Counted from the first letter of the stretch, positions 1-9,180 are shown. The stretch: DNA of 64,000 nucleotides from Prochlorococcus sp. AG-363-K07 (GCA_003280225.1 QCFO01000008.1:8637-72636); one strand, 5' to 3'. Made by a program: numbers and translations. Notes: generated from the sequence alone by a model not told the origin.

Positions 1-998
1 TTTGGTCGATTTTGGGTCGCTTACCAATAAGGATCCATGGAAAAGGAGTATTGACAACGCCAAATACCATGCATCTCCTCCAATCTGAGGCATTCGGACG
101 AGTTAAAACTATGAATGTGGATGTTGATATGTGCGTTAAGCAAGGAGACACCCTCGCCACGATTCAACCTGTAAGATTGCAACTAGATGAGAAAAAAACA
201 AAAGAGGAATTAACTAAGCTAATTCAAGATGATCAAAGTGAACATAGATACGCAGATCAGCGTCTTGATTTCCAACGCCGTAAGTTGAATCGTCTAACAA
301 AATTAGCTGACCTAGGTGCCATAAGTCTTCAAGAGCTCGAGCAACTCCAACAGGAAACACAGACACTTGAATCGCAAATAGTAACCGAAAATAATCGCCG
401 TGATCAAAGGATTCAACAACAACAACTGACGTTAGGTCGAATCAGAAAGGAAATTAGTCAAACGGCTATTGTGAAAGCTACCCAAGATGGTTGCATTGTT
501 GGTAGACATGTACAAATTGGGCAATTAGTTCAGCCAGCTACGACTTTGTTTGAACTAAATGCCAGTAACAAAAATGAAGAGTTAAAGAGTTTGGGATTCT
601 TTGTGGCTCAAGATGGAAAACGTTTACGCCTAGGTCAAGCAGTTCGAGTAACTCCTACAACTACTAAACAGCAACGTCATGGTGGTATTCAGGGCGTAAT
701 AACAAAAATCAGCCCATTACCTGTGAGCCAAGCAGCTCTAAAATTAAAATTAGGTGATAATGCCACCGTAACAAGTGTCAGTCAACAAGCAGGAGCCGCA
801 GGTGGGGGATTAATTGAGATAACAACATCACTAAAGAAAGATTCAAAGACAATCAGTGGATATGACTGGGGAGGAGGTAAGGGCCCGAATCTTGTATTGA
901 GTTCAGGTACTACAACTATTATCAGTGTGATAGTTGAAGAGAGAGCTCCAATTAGTTATGTCATTCCCTTACTGAGGGATATGAGCGGCATTTATTAA
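1..998 (+). CDS. HlyD/CvaA-family membrane-fusion (secretion adaptor) protein, 5' end outside the window
   Basis: The frame is open to the window edge with no in-frame stop before nt 12. It has a long coiled-coil stretch (QRLDFQRRKLNRLTKLADLGAISLQELEQLQQETQTLESQI) followed by a beta-rich C-terminus, typical of HlyD-type adaptors. It ends 21 nt before the C39 ABC exporter on the same strand. Confidence 0.8.
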   Translation, partial: WSILGRLPIRIHGKGVLTTPNTMHLLQSEAFGRVKTMNVDVDMCVKQGDTLATIQPVRLQLDEKKTKEELTKLIQDDQSEHRYADQRLDFQRRKLNRLTKLADLGAISLQELEQLQQETQTLESQIVTENNRRDQRIQQQQLTLGRIRKEISQTAIVKATQDGCIVGRHVQIGQLVQPATTLFELNASNKNEELKSLGFFVAQDGKRLRLGQAVRVTPTTTKQQRHGGIQGVITKISPLPVSQAALKLKLGDNATVTSVSQQAGAAGGGLIEITTSLKKDSKTISGYDWGGGKGPNLVLSSGTTTIISVIVEERAPISYVIPLLRDMSGIY

Positions 999-1019
999 TC
1001 AACATTATTCACTAAAACC

Positions 1020-3242
1020 ATGAAACTTTGGAAGGAGATTCAACAAATTTGGATTGCTAGAACTGCCAGGGTAAAAGGGAGTTGGATACGTACACCGACA
1101 GTTCTCCAAATGGAGAACACTGAATGTGGGGCAGCATCACTGAGCATAATTCTGCAGCACTATGGGAAATATGTTCCACTAACTCAATTACGTGAGTTGT
1201 GTGGAGTATCTCGAGATGGAAGTGATGCTGCCAATCTTCTTTTGGCTGGGAAAAAGCTTGGATTAAAAGGTAATGGTTACAAGAAAAGTCTTGAAGCACT
1301 TAGATCAATGAAGTTGCCAGTAATTCTTTTCTGGGAATTTAATCATTTTCTGATTCTTGAAGGATTTGTTGGCGATAAAATCAAGCTCAATGATCCTGCT
1401 GTTGGTCCCCGTTCGGTATCTGAAGAGGATTTTCAGACGAGTTACACCGGAATCACAATTAGCCTTGAACCAGATCATCAATTCCAGACTGGTGGTATCC
1501 GTCCATCAGTTTGGCCGATCGTAAGAAGAAGAATGTTAACAGAACGATTTGGATCACTTTTCGTATTAGTAACAGGACTTTTATTAATTCTCCCACAGTT
1601 GGTAATGCCTATATATGCACAAATTTACTTAGATGAAGTGATTGGTAACCAGCTTGATCAATGGATAAAGCCAATGCTTTGGGCAATGGCAATAACAATT
1701 GTTTTCCAAGCGATTGTTCAGCAACTTCAACTCATTGGCACAAGGTCTCTTGAAAAACGCTTGACTAGACGTTTTGCCGCTCAATTTGAACGTCATGTAT
1801 TATCTCTTCCAGAAAGATTTTTCTCACAACGATTTGCTGGTGATATTGCAGTTAGAGTCCAATACAACAATGCGATCTCTGAATTTATTGCAAGTAGATT
1901 AATTCCTTTAATAGCAGGGTCAGTTCTTTTGATTTTTTATCTCATATTGACTCTCCTATATAGTCCAATACTTGGTCTAATAGTATTCGTAACAACAGGA
2001 CTTAATGCCGTTGCTGTAAGTCTTAACCTCAGGTTCTTAAATGATGCAAGCTTACAAATTAGTAAGGACAGTGCTAAAACAGGAGCTATAATTATTAATG
2101 CTGTTAGAGAAATCGAGTCTATAAAATCAGCTGCGCTTGAAAATGATATTTTCAAGCGCTACACAGGTTATCAAACTCGCCTTCTTAATTTTAATCAAAA
2201 CGTAAGTATGCGAAATACTCGCATGGCAATGATACCAAGTATTCTAACAACAATTAATGAGATTTTAATTCTAAGTGTTGGTTTTATCCTTGTACTTAAA
2301 GGGGAGCTGACGCTTGGAATGCTGTTAGCTGCCCAGACTATTGCTTTGAGCCTTAAAGGTCAAATTGAAAATGTTATTAACTTTGTTCGTGTATTGCCAA
2401 GCTTTGCTTCAAATGTTCTTCGTCTTGAAGATGTTTTAGAGCAACCTATAGACCCTGTCCTTGAATCGAATAGGAATTCAAAGTCTTTCCCAACCGAAAT
2501 AGATCGACTTTCAGGTGCAATTGAGATTCGCGATATGAGCTTTGGCTATGTACCCGTGAAAGCTCCATTAATTAAAGAATTAAACGTCTCTATAAAGCCA
2601 GGTCAGCGTATTGCATTTGTTGGCGGAAGTGGATCGGGTAAAAGTACCATCGCAAAGCTTATTGCAGGTCTCTATCAACCTACTAGTGGCGAAATTCTTT
2701 ATAACGGATTCCCTTTGATCAAAATCCCGAGGTCTATAGCAGTAGCTTCTCTGGGAATGGTTCAACAAGAAATAGCTCTTTATGGCTGCAGTGTTAGAGA
2801 AAATCTAACTATGTGGAACTCTTCAATTCCAGATGGAACACTTATAAAAGCATGTCAAGACGCTCAGATTTTACAAACTATTAGACAATTACCTGAAGGC
2901 TTCCAAACAAAACTGGTAGAAGGCGGCCGCAATCTTTCAGGGGGACAAAGACAAAGACTTGAGATTGCGAGGGTATTAGTGCAAAATCCAGCAATACTGA
3001 TTCTTGATGAGGCGACAGCAGCATTAGATGCAGAAACAGAACGATTAGTTGATGAAGCTTTTCGACGACGAGGTTGCACCCAGATCATTGTGGCTCATCG
3101 GCTTAGTACAATCAGAGACGCTGATGAGATTATTGTTTTAAATAAAGGTGAGGTAGTTCAAAGAGGAACTCATCTTGAAATGTCTAGGTTAGAAGGGAGT
3201 CCTTATCATGCATTATTAAGTGAGGTCGCAGAGAAAAGATAA
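1020..3242 (+). CDS. Bacteriocin/microcin-type ABC exporter with N-terminal C39 double-glycine peptidase domain (peptidase/permease/ATPase)
   Basis: The N-terminus carries C39 signatures: QMENTECGAASL (catalytic Cys), FNHFLILEG (His) and LNDP (Asp). A multi-TM exporter core follows. ATPase motifs are Walker A GGSGSGKST, signature LSGGQRQR, Walker B ILILDEATAALD and H-loop VAHRLST. Confidence 0.9.
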   Translation: MKLWKEIQQIWIARTARVKGSWIRTPTVLQMENTECGAASLSIILQHYGKYVPLTQLRELCGVSRDGSDAANLLLAGKKLGLKGNGYKKSLEALRSMKLPVILFWEFNHFLILEGFVGDKIKLNDPAVGPRSVSEEDFQTSYTGITISLEPDHQFQTGGIRPSVWPIVRRRMLTERFGSLFVLVTGLLLILPQLVMPIYAQIYLDEVIGNQLDQWIKPMLWAMAITIVFQAIVQQLQLIGTRSLEKRLTRRFAAQFERHVLSLPERFFSQRFAGDIAVRVQYNNAISEFIASRLIPLIAGSVLLIFYLILTLLYSPILGLIVFVTTGLNAVAVSLNLRFLNDASLQISKDSAKTGAIIINAVREIESIKSAALENDIFKRYTGYQTRLLNFNQNVSMRNTRMAMIPSILTTINEILILSVGFILVLKGELTLGMLLAAQTIALSLKGQIENVINFVRVLPSFASNVLRLEDVLEQPIDPVLESNRNSKSFPTEIDRLSGAIEIRDMSFGYVPVKAPLIKELNVSIKPGQRIAFVGGSGSGKSTIAKLIAGLYQPTSGEILYNGFPLIKIPRSIAVASLGMVQQEIALYGCSVRENLTMWNSSIPDGTLIKACQDAQILQTIRQLPEGFQTKLVEGGRNLSGGQRQRLEIARVLVQNPAILILDEATAALDAETERLVDEAFRRRGCTQIIVAHRLSTIRDADEIIVLNKGEVVQRGTHLEMSRLEGSPYHALLSEVAEKR

Positions 3243-3390
3243 TTAAATCTAGCTACAAATTATTTAAGGGTTTTGTACTTAATACACAGAAAACAGGGTA
3301 TTATTCAATACAAATTAAAGGTATCATAAATAATATTCTGTAAGATATCTTTCGCTAAGCTGATTCATTTTTAATAATGCTTCTAACTAG

Positions 3391-3435
3391 AAAAAAACTA
3401 GATCATTATGGAATAGTTTATCCACAATGATCTAG
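3391..3435 (-). terminator. Candidate intrinsic terminator downstream of the double-glycine cargo gene
   Basis: A perfect 10-bp inverted repeat CTAGATCATT / AATGATCTAG (3398-3407 and 3426-3435) is followed on the minus strand by a T7 run (A7 at 3391-3397 on plus). The loop is large (18 nt), so confidence is modest. Confidence 0.35.
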
Positions 3436-3528
3436 TTGAAATACAAATTCAGTAAGAATCAGAAGAAACTTATGAGGCTAATCATTAATAATTAAAGAAA
3501 CCTTTGGTAGGAAATCAGGAAAGCTTTC

Positions 3529-4125
3529 CTAAGGGGCAGGAGGCGGAGGAGGATCTATGTCGCCATCAGGTCCGGAGTCGCCACCAAAATCACCCGCTGG
3601 TCCTCCTGGTCCTGAGTAGGCGGTATCTGGCCCACCTCCTGGACCACCCCCTGGTACACCTGGGAGATCACCAGGGCCATTCCCTGGGAAATCACCAGGG
3701 CTATCTCCACCAGCCGCACCTGAAGGAGGCATACCTGGGTCACCACCGGGGTAATCACCAGGAGGCATACCTGGGTCACCACCTGAAGGAGGCATACCTG
3801 GGTCACCACCGGGATAATCACCAGGAGGCATACCTGGGTCACCACCTGGAGGAGGGCCTCCGGCATCAAAGCCTGCCATGCCTCCTGGCATTGTTTCTCC
3901 AGGCATGGGAGGGAGTGGCTGTTCCCCTGGGGCATACATTCCTGGAGGCCTGCCTTCTCCCCCAGGCGCAGGTCCTCCAGGACCGGTCCCTCCTGCTACG
4001 CCAGACAGTTCGTCTAGAGATAAAGCATCAGAATCGTCTTCCGACCCTTTTGTTTTTGGCGACTTATCAACCATGGAAATTTTCGATACACCAACCTTCT
4101 TAGGAAAGTTCTTCAGTTGCGTCAT
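3529..4125 (-). CDS. Double-glycine-leader precursor with Pro/Gly/Asp/Met-rich low-complexity core (putative cargo of the adjacent C39 ABC exporter)
   Basis: The N-terminus MTQLKNFPKKVGVSKISMVDKSPKTKGSEDDSDALSLDELSGVAGG ends in a classic GG-leader pattern. An alternative start is Met18 at nt 4074. The predicted cleavage after G46 puts the leader at 3988-4125. The core is roughly 150 aa of PGG/DPGMPPGDYPGG-type repeats ending PPPPPAP. The other open frames across this G+C-rich stretch give implausible His/Leu-rich products. Confidence 0.7.
   Translation of the reverse strand: MTQLKNFPKKVGVSKISMVDKSPKTKGSEDDSDALSLDELSGVAGGTGPGGPAPGGEGRPPGMYAPGEQPLPPMPGETMPGGMAGFDAGGPPPGGDPGMPPGDYPGGDPGMPPSGGDPGMPPGDYPGGDPGMPPSGAAGGDSPGDFPGNGPGDLPGVPGGGPGGGPDTAYSGPGGPAGDFGGDSGPDGDIDPPPPPAP
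3721..3846. repeat. Tandem 63-bp (21-codon) duplication inside the cargo core
   Basis: Units 3721-3783 and 3784-3846 differ at one position (ggggtaatc vs gggataatc). Each contains the sub-repeat ggaggcatacctgggtcaccacc twice. On the minus strand they encode GGDPGMPPGDYPGGDPGMPPS twice. Confidence 0.9.
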
Positions 4126-4296
4126 CCAAAATGTAAAACAACTTAGTCACTGAAATTATTTAGATCAGCCCCAAAAATTTGGCCCCATCGCACCATTCCT
4201 TGAATACCTTGAGTAATACTGCCTATATATGACCATATAGAAGTCCCTTGTTTTGTAAGTCCAGTTAATATCATTTGTGTTTATTGGTTGTAGATT

Positions 4297-4644
4297 TTGC
4301 TTTATCACTTGCAGGAGAAGAGTGCAGATGTGATTTTGGTAGCTCTTATAATGGCTCATTTTGTTGGTGACTTTGTTCTTCAAAGTGACAGGCTTGCTGT
4401 TGAAAAGTGCCCAGGATCTGATATAACAATTCGTTGGTACTGGTGGATGCTTGGACACGCATCATGCCATGGCATATTAGTATTATTTATCACTGGGTCT
4501 AGTGTATTAGGAATTTTAGAACTGTTATTTCATTTCTTTATTGATTATTTGAAATGTCAATCTAGGATAAATTTTGTCTGCGATCAAATATTGCATTTGA
4601 TAAGTAAGTTTCTTTGGGTCTATCTATTTTTTAAATTGCTTTAA
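4297..4644 (+). CDS. DUF3307-like integral membrane protein
   Basis: It has the HFVGDFVLQ motif and several hydrophobic segments, with a second His-containing segment (LLFHFFIDYL). The start is ambiguous: TTG 4297, GTG 4330 or ATG 4351. It is divergent from the cargo gene. Confidence 0.55.
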   Translation: MLYHLQEKSADVILVALIMAHFVGDFVLQSDRLAVEKCPGSDITIRWYWWMLGHASCHGILVLFITGSSVLGILELLFHFFIDYLKCQSRINFVCDQILHLISKFLWVYLFFKLL

Positions 4645-4831
4645 GGTTAATTAGGATTTGATTTGATAAAACTACAAATCGTTATTGGCTATGATGAATA
4701 GGTTGGAATTCTTTACTAGTAGTTTGATTTGCTACGGAGTTGATTTATAGGGGATAAATTGAATAGCAATAGAGCTAATTCCGATTTAAATGCATCTTAT
4801 TCATTTTAGCTGGCCATATCTATCTTTTTAG

Positions 4832-5044
4832 TCAGATTATCCGACTCACAAGTGCTATTGCTATTTTGTGAATTCTTATTCTAAGCGTCATTAACATATT
4901 CCGGGTCAAACCAAAATATCCAATGGCTCCAATGAATAAGACAAAACTCATTGGGTTCGGAACAAAAACTTCAACAATATTTGAGACATCAAATCCTAGG
5001 AAGGAAATCACAACAAATATCCTTCCCCAGTTAGGTATCTGCAA
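4832..5044 (-). CDS. Hypothetical small membrane protein (70 aa)
   Basis: The ORF has two hydrophobic segments (IFVVISFLGF and FVLFIGAIGYFGL). No recognisable family. Confidence 0.3.
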   Translation of the reverse strand: MQIPNWGRIFVVISFLGFDVSNIVEVFVPNPMSFVLFIGAIGYFGLTRNMLMTLRIRIHKIAIALVSRII

Positions 5045-6413
5045 AATTTATTACCGCTTTGGATAAGCGAAGTAATCCCCTATGGGTTCCTCATGGAATT
5101 GTCCTGATGAGATGCATGTTGAGTTTGCCGATTCATTACTTGATTCTCTGACAAGTGCGAATAAGGAGAAGTCTTTGCCTGAATTTTGAAAGTTGTTTTC
5201 TGTTCTGATATCGAATCTATTAGCAGTTGCAATCCTTTTAATATCAAATTGAACTAAAAATGTTTTCTATAAATTTAAGAAGCCATGAAATAATAACTTG
5301 CGTCAAGGTGAATTGATGCTTTGTGATCGCTTATTTTGAGACTAGAACGCTCTTTCCTGTTAATTAGTTGTTTTTATTGGTATAGGTATTAACGATTTCG
5401 TCATTATTGGTCGCTTGTTTTTCTTTTCTTTTGGTGTTCATTCATCCTTCAACTTATCAACTCAGTAATTCTGCAGTGGCATCTAACCGCAGTTCATTTC
5501 CTTGAATTTTACCTAGTTCTTAGCCATTGAGGCTAGCCCTTTGATTCCAATTTAGATGGAATCCATGTCAATGGAAAATTCTTGAGTTACACACAAGAGA
5601 TTGATTCAATTAATGTTCCACGGGAATAAGTAGGCGTTGAGCTTATAGTGGAATCCAGTAGAAAAATAAAACACCAGAATTATTAGCTATTTCTATGGTA
5701 ACTATGCTTTGAAGAGAGAAGTTATTATTTGCGCTATAACAAGAGGTTTATAAAGAGCAGATGCTCTTTATATCGTCTCTAAAATTAATCATAATCTCTA
5801 TGGTTCTAAGCTTTACTAGCAATGAACGGCTACATTCTGTACATCGAATTGCTGGCCTGAGAGGTCTGCGTTGTCAATGACTATTTTGGAGTTATCCATT
5901 GTTAAATTATCACTCTTGCCCAAATGAAGACTGAATAAGTCTCGATTGATTCTTTAAAAGTCATCTAAGACGAATCTGTAGCGGCCTTTCAGTTTTATAT
6001 CTACTAATATAAGAGCAGAAAAAGCGAAAGCATGATCTTCTCAGAATTTTTGTTTCTACTATAGGACTATAGTTTGGAATGATCTTTGGAACTATGTTTT
6101 CAGAAGTTTTATTTTACTTCAATAAATGGAGCTCTTGTAAGGCAACTTTGTTTATGCTGTTCCAACTTCCTCGCCTTTTTCTTATGGTTACTCTGTTCAT
6201 GGCTACCGGAAGAAGTAACGCAGTTTTGCTTAAAGGTTTTTACTGACAAGTACAAATTCAATAATTTCAACTTGCCTTCATAACCCTTGAACTACGCTCT
6301 TAGAATAATTTTACTAAGATATAAAACATATTGATAACCAATTTTAGGAGGAATTCCGGATCCTATTGAGATAATTTAGGTAGTTAACACTCTTATTTGG
6401 TTGGCATTAAAAA

Positions 6414-7436
6414 TCAGTTCGCAATCCTGCTAACGGCAGCACGTGCCCTGTTCAGAATGTCACCTTTTAAAGGTATATAACCAAGTTCAGGAGCCTTTGC
6501 TTGATATTTATTGCTAAGTAATTCATTTAATGCTTTTTGAATCGCTATGGTTTTAGAGCCATTGCCTCTCTCATAGGCCAAAATCCAGGTAAGCGTTGCA
6601 ATAGGGTAGGCACCACGAGTATTGGGATTTGGATTTTGGCCAGCTAGATTTTGATCTAATTCGATTCCATTGAGGGCCGCTGCCCCAGTTTCTTTAGTTG
6701 GCTTTAGAAATTCACCAGACAGGTTTTGTAGAGCAGCAGCTCTTACATTTCCCCTGATGTACGATTGATTCACGTAACCTATGGCTCCAGGAGTTTGCCT
6801 GATAATTCCAGCGACACCTGCATTTCCTTTGCCACCAACTCCAGTGGGCCATTTCACTGACTTGCCAGTCCCTAATGTCCATTTAGTTGAAAAAGCTTGC
6901 ATTGAGTTAGTAAAAGCCTTTGTGGTACCAGAACCATCTGAGCGATGAACCCAAAGCAATTTCCCGGCAGGACAATTTAGTTGACTCCAATCTGTAATCT
7001 CCCCCATGGCAATCTTTACGGCTTGCCTTTGAGTCAATTTGAGGTCGCAATCTGATTTATTGTAGCCAAAGGCAATTGTGCCTCCAACCATTGGAATCTG
7101 AACTAATCCGCGAGCTACCTTCGCAATATCTTTGGCTTTCATCGGATCATCTGAAGCACCAAAGTCGACTGTTTGGTCTATAAATGCTTTTCTTCCTGAG
7201 CCGGAACCAACTGCTTGGTAGTTGACTCTCGGACCACCATCTTTAGCAAGATCTGAAAACCACCGAGTGTAGATCTTTGCGGGGAAAGTAGCTCCTGCGC
7301 TGCTAAGAGTGTTGTTTGAGGTTGAATCAGAAGAACCGCAGGCGATAGTGCCAGCCCCAAGGGCTAGTAATGATAAATAGGAAAGAGCCTTCTTCGCGAA
7401 GGTCATGACAACCATTGAGCATCGGCTTTCATACAC
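6414..7436 (-). CDS. pstS: Phosphate ABC transporter substrate-binding protein PstS
   Basis: The sequence GATFPAKIYTRWFSDLAKDGGPRVNYQAVGSGSGRKAFIDQTVDFGASDDPM is a typical PstS N-lobe. The lipoprotein-like signal is LALGAGTIAC. The true start is probably Met8 or Met11 (7415 or 7406). Confidence 0.9.
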   Translation of the reverse strand: MYESRCSMVVMTFAKKALSYLSLLALGAGTIACGSSDSTSNNTLSSAGATFPAKIYTRWFSDLAKDGGPRVNYQAVGSGSGRKAFIDQTVDFGASDDPMKAKDIAKVARGLVQIPMVGGTIAFGYNKSDCDLKLTQRQAVKIAMGEITDWSQLNCPAGKLLWVHRSDGSGTTKAFTNSMQAFSTKWTLGTGKSVKWPTGVGGKGNAGVAGIIRQTPGAIGYVNQSYIRGNVRAAALQNLSGEFLKPTKETGAAALNGIELDQNLAGQNPNPNTRGAYPIATLTWILAYERGNGSKTIAIQKALNELLSNKYQAKAPELGYIPLKGDILNRARAAVSRIAN

Positions 7437-7624
7437 TAACCAAAAAGTGTTGACAGGACCTACTAGTGTTTGTTGATATTGTGAAGATGTAGCTTTGAAG
7501 CTTCTTACAATAATTCTATTGAGGCGCTTAATATCATGTTGAGAGGATGTTTAAACTCAAGGTTTATTGTTTTGCATCACAACGCTTACAGCATCCATAA
7601 AATTTAGATAAAACTTGTTAGTCG

Positions 7625-7783
7625 TTAGGTACCAAACAGCCAAGAATCAAAGCATGCCGGAGTGCAATGCTCTTGCCCATCTCGAGACTTATAGCACCTT
7701 TCAATTCCCCACTCCCTCTCAATAATTTTCACCTCCACTGTTTCCTTAGGTACAGGAGGTACCGCTAAATGTGCTCGATCCAT
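7625..7783 (-). CDS. Hypothetical small protein (52 aa), below the ORF-track cutoff
   Basis: Hand translation gives MDRAHLAVPPVPKETVEVKIIEREWGIERCYKSRDGQEHCTPACFDSWLFGT. It is locally G+C-richer than its flanks and has protein-like composition. Confidence 0.3.
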   Translation of the reverse strand: MDRAHLAVPPVPKETVEVKIIEREWGIERCYKSRDGQEHCTPACFDSWLFGT

Positions 7784-7920
7784 ACGAATTTGCAACTATC
7801 CCGTTCTAACGCTTGAGAAGGGTGAGGCAATAAGCAATTTGGCGGTTTCTAGTGAATAGAATCTACACTTTGTTCATAAACTCAAGGCGTTTTTTAGACA
7901 ACTTAGGCTTTAATAAAGAG

Positions 7921-8085
7921 ATGGAACCATTCCTCACTACTAGCACTAAAGCAGACTTGCTATTTGCCCTTGGTGGAGTGGGAATATTGATTGGATCGTG
8001 GTTTTTGGGGCGTTTTATAACGGCTGTCTGGCGTAATAATCCACTGATCTGGAAAGGCGGCAATAATCAACAGGATTTTGAGTGA
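7921..8085 (+). CDS. Hypothetical single-TM protein (54 aa from ATG 7921; ORF opens at 7852)
   Basis: MEPFLTTSTKADLLFALGGVGILIGSWFLGRFITAVW shows one clear TM helix. Confidence 0.3.
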   Translation: MEPFLTTSTKADLLFALGGVGILIGSWFLGRFITAVWRNNPLIWKGGNNQQDFE

Positions 8086-8742
8086 AACCCTGAAGATAAC
8101 AGTGCATGCTGTGAGTGTTTTGTGGAACTTAGGACACGCATTGTTTACTTTTTTAGCTTGAGGGTTTGATCCGGGTAGTTCTACTGCAAATGTCTTAGCG
8201 GTTATTGACACATTTGTCACAGTTGCCGTTTTACTTTTTTTTTCTAAGAAGGGTGATGGGTAGGAGCTTTTTAGGATTGAGATCAGCATCAAGTAAGCTG
8301 TATCCAAAGTCTACATTTTTTAGATTTTTTAGTGTTTAACAACTATATGAGCTTGAAATAAAAGCGTATCATTAGTCACTAAATCTAAGTTCTAAAGGTT
8401 GCTACAACTACGAATCTACGACAATTACAAGCCAGAAAGAACTGATTCTAGAACTCTTTATTTTATTGATGAAATATATATTTACTTCGCTATGTCTCAA
8501 AAGTATGAACTCTTCGGATTGTTGGTTCGTATTGGAATGACTGGAACTTCTCTTCCATTCCAGTATCAGAGTGGATTTCTCAAAGGTTCTTAAGTTGGAT
8601 GGACGAATGACTCGAGAATGTGTTTCATCTTCTTTGAATTCTCAGGGATAGATTTGTCTTTACGGCACGTTTCCGTTATTGCCCTTAATGTAGGCATTGT
8701 TTTGATGTTGCAAAAGAGCAGATTCCCTTTGCTCTTATTTAT

Positions 8743-9180
8743 ATGAAACGTTTTTTCCTTTTTGTACTAACTGCTGGACTTGCTTTCCCAATAGTTTCCT
8801 GTAGTCAAAAAAAAGATACATCTCAAACTGTTGAGCCTGTGGTTGTTGAGACGCTTATTAGTACCACTAAATCATGGAATGGAGATTCCTTTCAGTATCC
8901 AAAGGGTTCAGCGCAAATGACTCTCCAGAAAATAATTGCGCAGCCTGGATTTAAAACCCCACTTCATTTCCATCCTCAACCTGGCATTGTGTACTTAATT
9001 AGAGGGACTCTTTCTTGTGCGACTAGTGATGGAAAGTCATTAGTAGTGGGGCCAGGGGATAGCTTTGCTTCACCTCAGAAGACAGCTCATTACTGTGAAA
9101 ACACTGGTAAAAAAGAAGCCCTGATTTTTGTTACTTCTGCTGGCGTTGAAGGCAAGAACATAACTGTATCCATTAAATAG
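8743..9180 (+). CDS. Cupin-domain protein with lipoprotein-type signal peptide
   Basis: The signal is MKRFFLFVLTAGLAFPIVSC (lipobox). The cupin core is PLHFHPQPGIVYLIRGTL...GPGDSF...AHYCENTG. Confidence 0.75.
   Translation: MKRFFLFVLTAGLAFPIVSCSQKKDTSQTVEPVVVETLISTTKSWNGDSFQYPKGSAQMTLQKIIAQPGFKTPLHFHPQPGIVYLIRGTLSCATSDGKSLVVGPGDSFASPQKTAHYCENTGKKEALIFVTSAGVEGKNITVSIK

Noticed and set aside
1057-3088. Antisense ORFs inside large genes. Examples are 1057-1299, 1937-2155, 2580-2768 and 2864-3088, with similar ones inside the oxoprolinase, dnaE, gatA, trpD, dnaG and umuC genes.
   Set aside because: Each lies wholly within, and opposite or out of frame to, a gene with strong family signatures. 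None shows motifs of its own.
3504-4153. Three additional long ORFs across the G+C-rich repeat region (3504-4103 +, 3555-3935 -, 3878-4153 +).
   Set aside because: They are open only because the Pro/Gly-codon repeat lacks stops. Their products are His/Leu/Gln-rich nonsense without start context, whereas the chosen frame carries a recognisable double-glycine leader.
5171-5190. 17-nt similarity between 5174-5190 (cctgaattttgaaagttg) and 9383-9400 (cctgatttttgaaagttg).
   Set aside because: It is short and AT-rich, with no extended flanking similarity, so it is compatible with chance.
7526-7556. Possible Pho box (three 8-mers at 11-nt spacing: TTTAAACA / TCTCAACA / TATTAAGC on the minus strand) upstream of pstS.
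   Set aside because: Only the first repeat approaches the PyTTAAPyPy(T/A) consensus I recall. The other two match at about half the positions, so this is not distinguishable from AT-rich background without a scoring matrix or comparative data.
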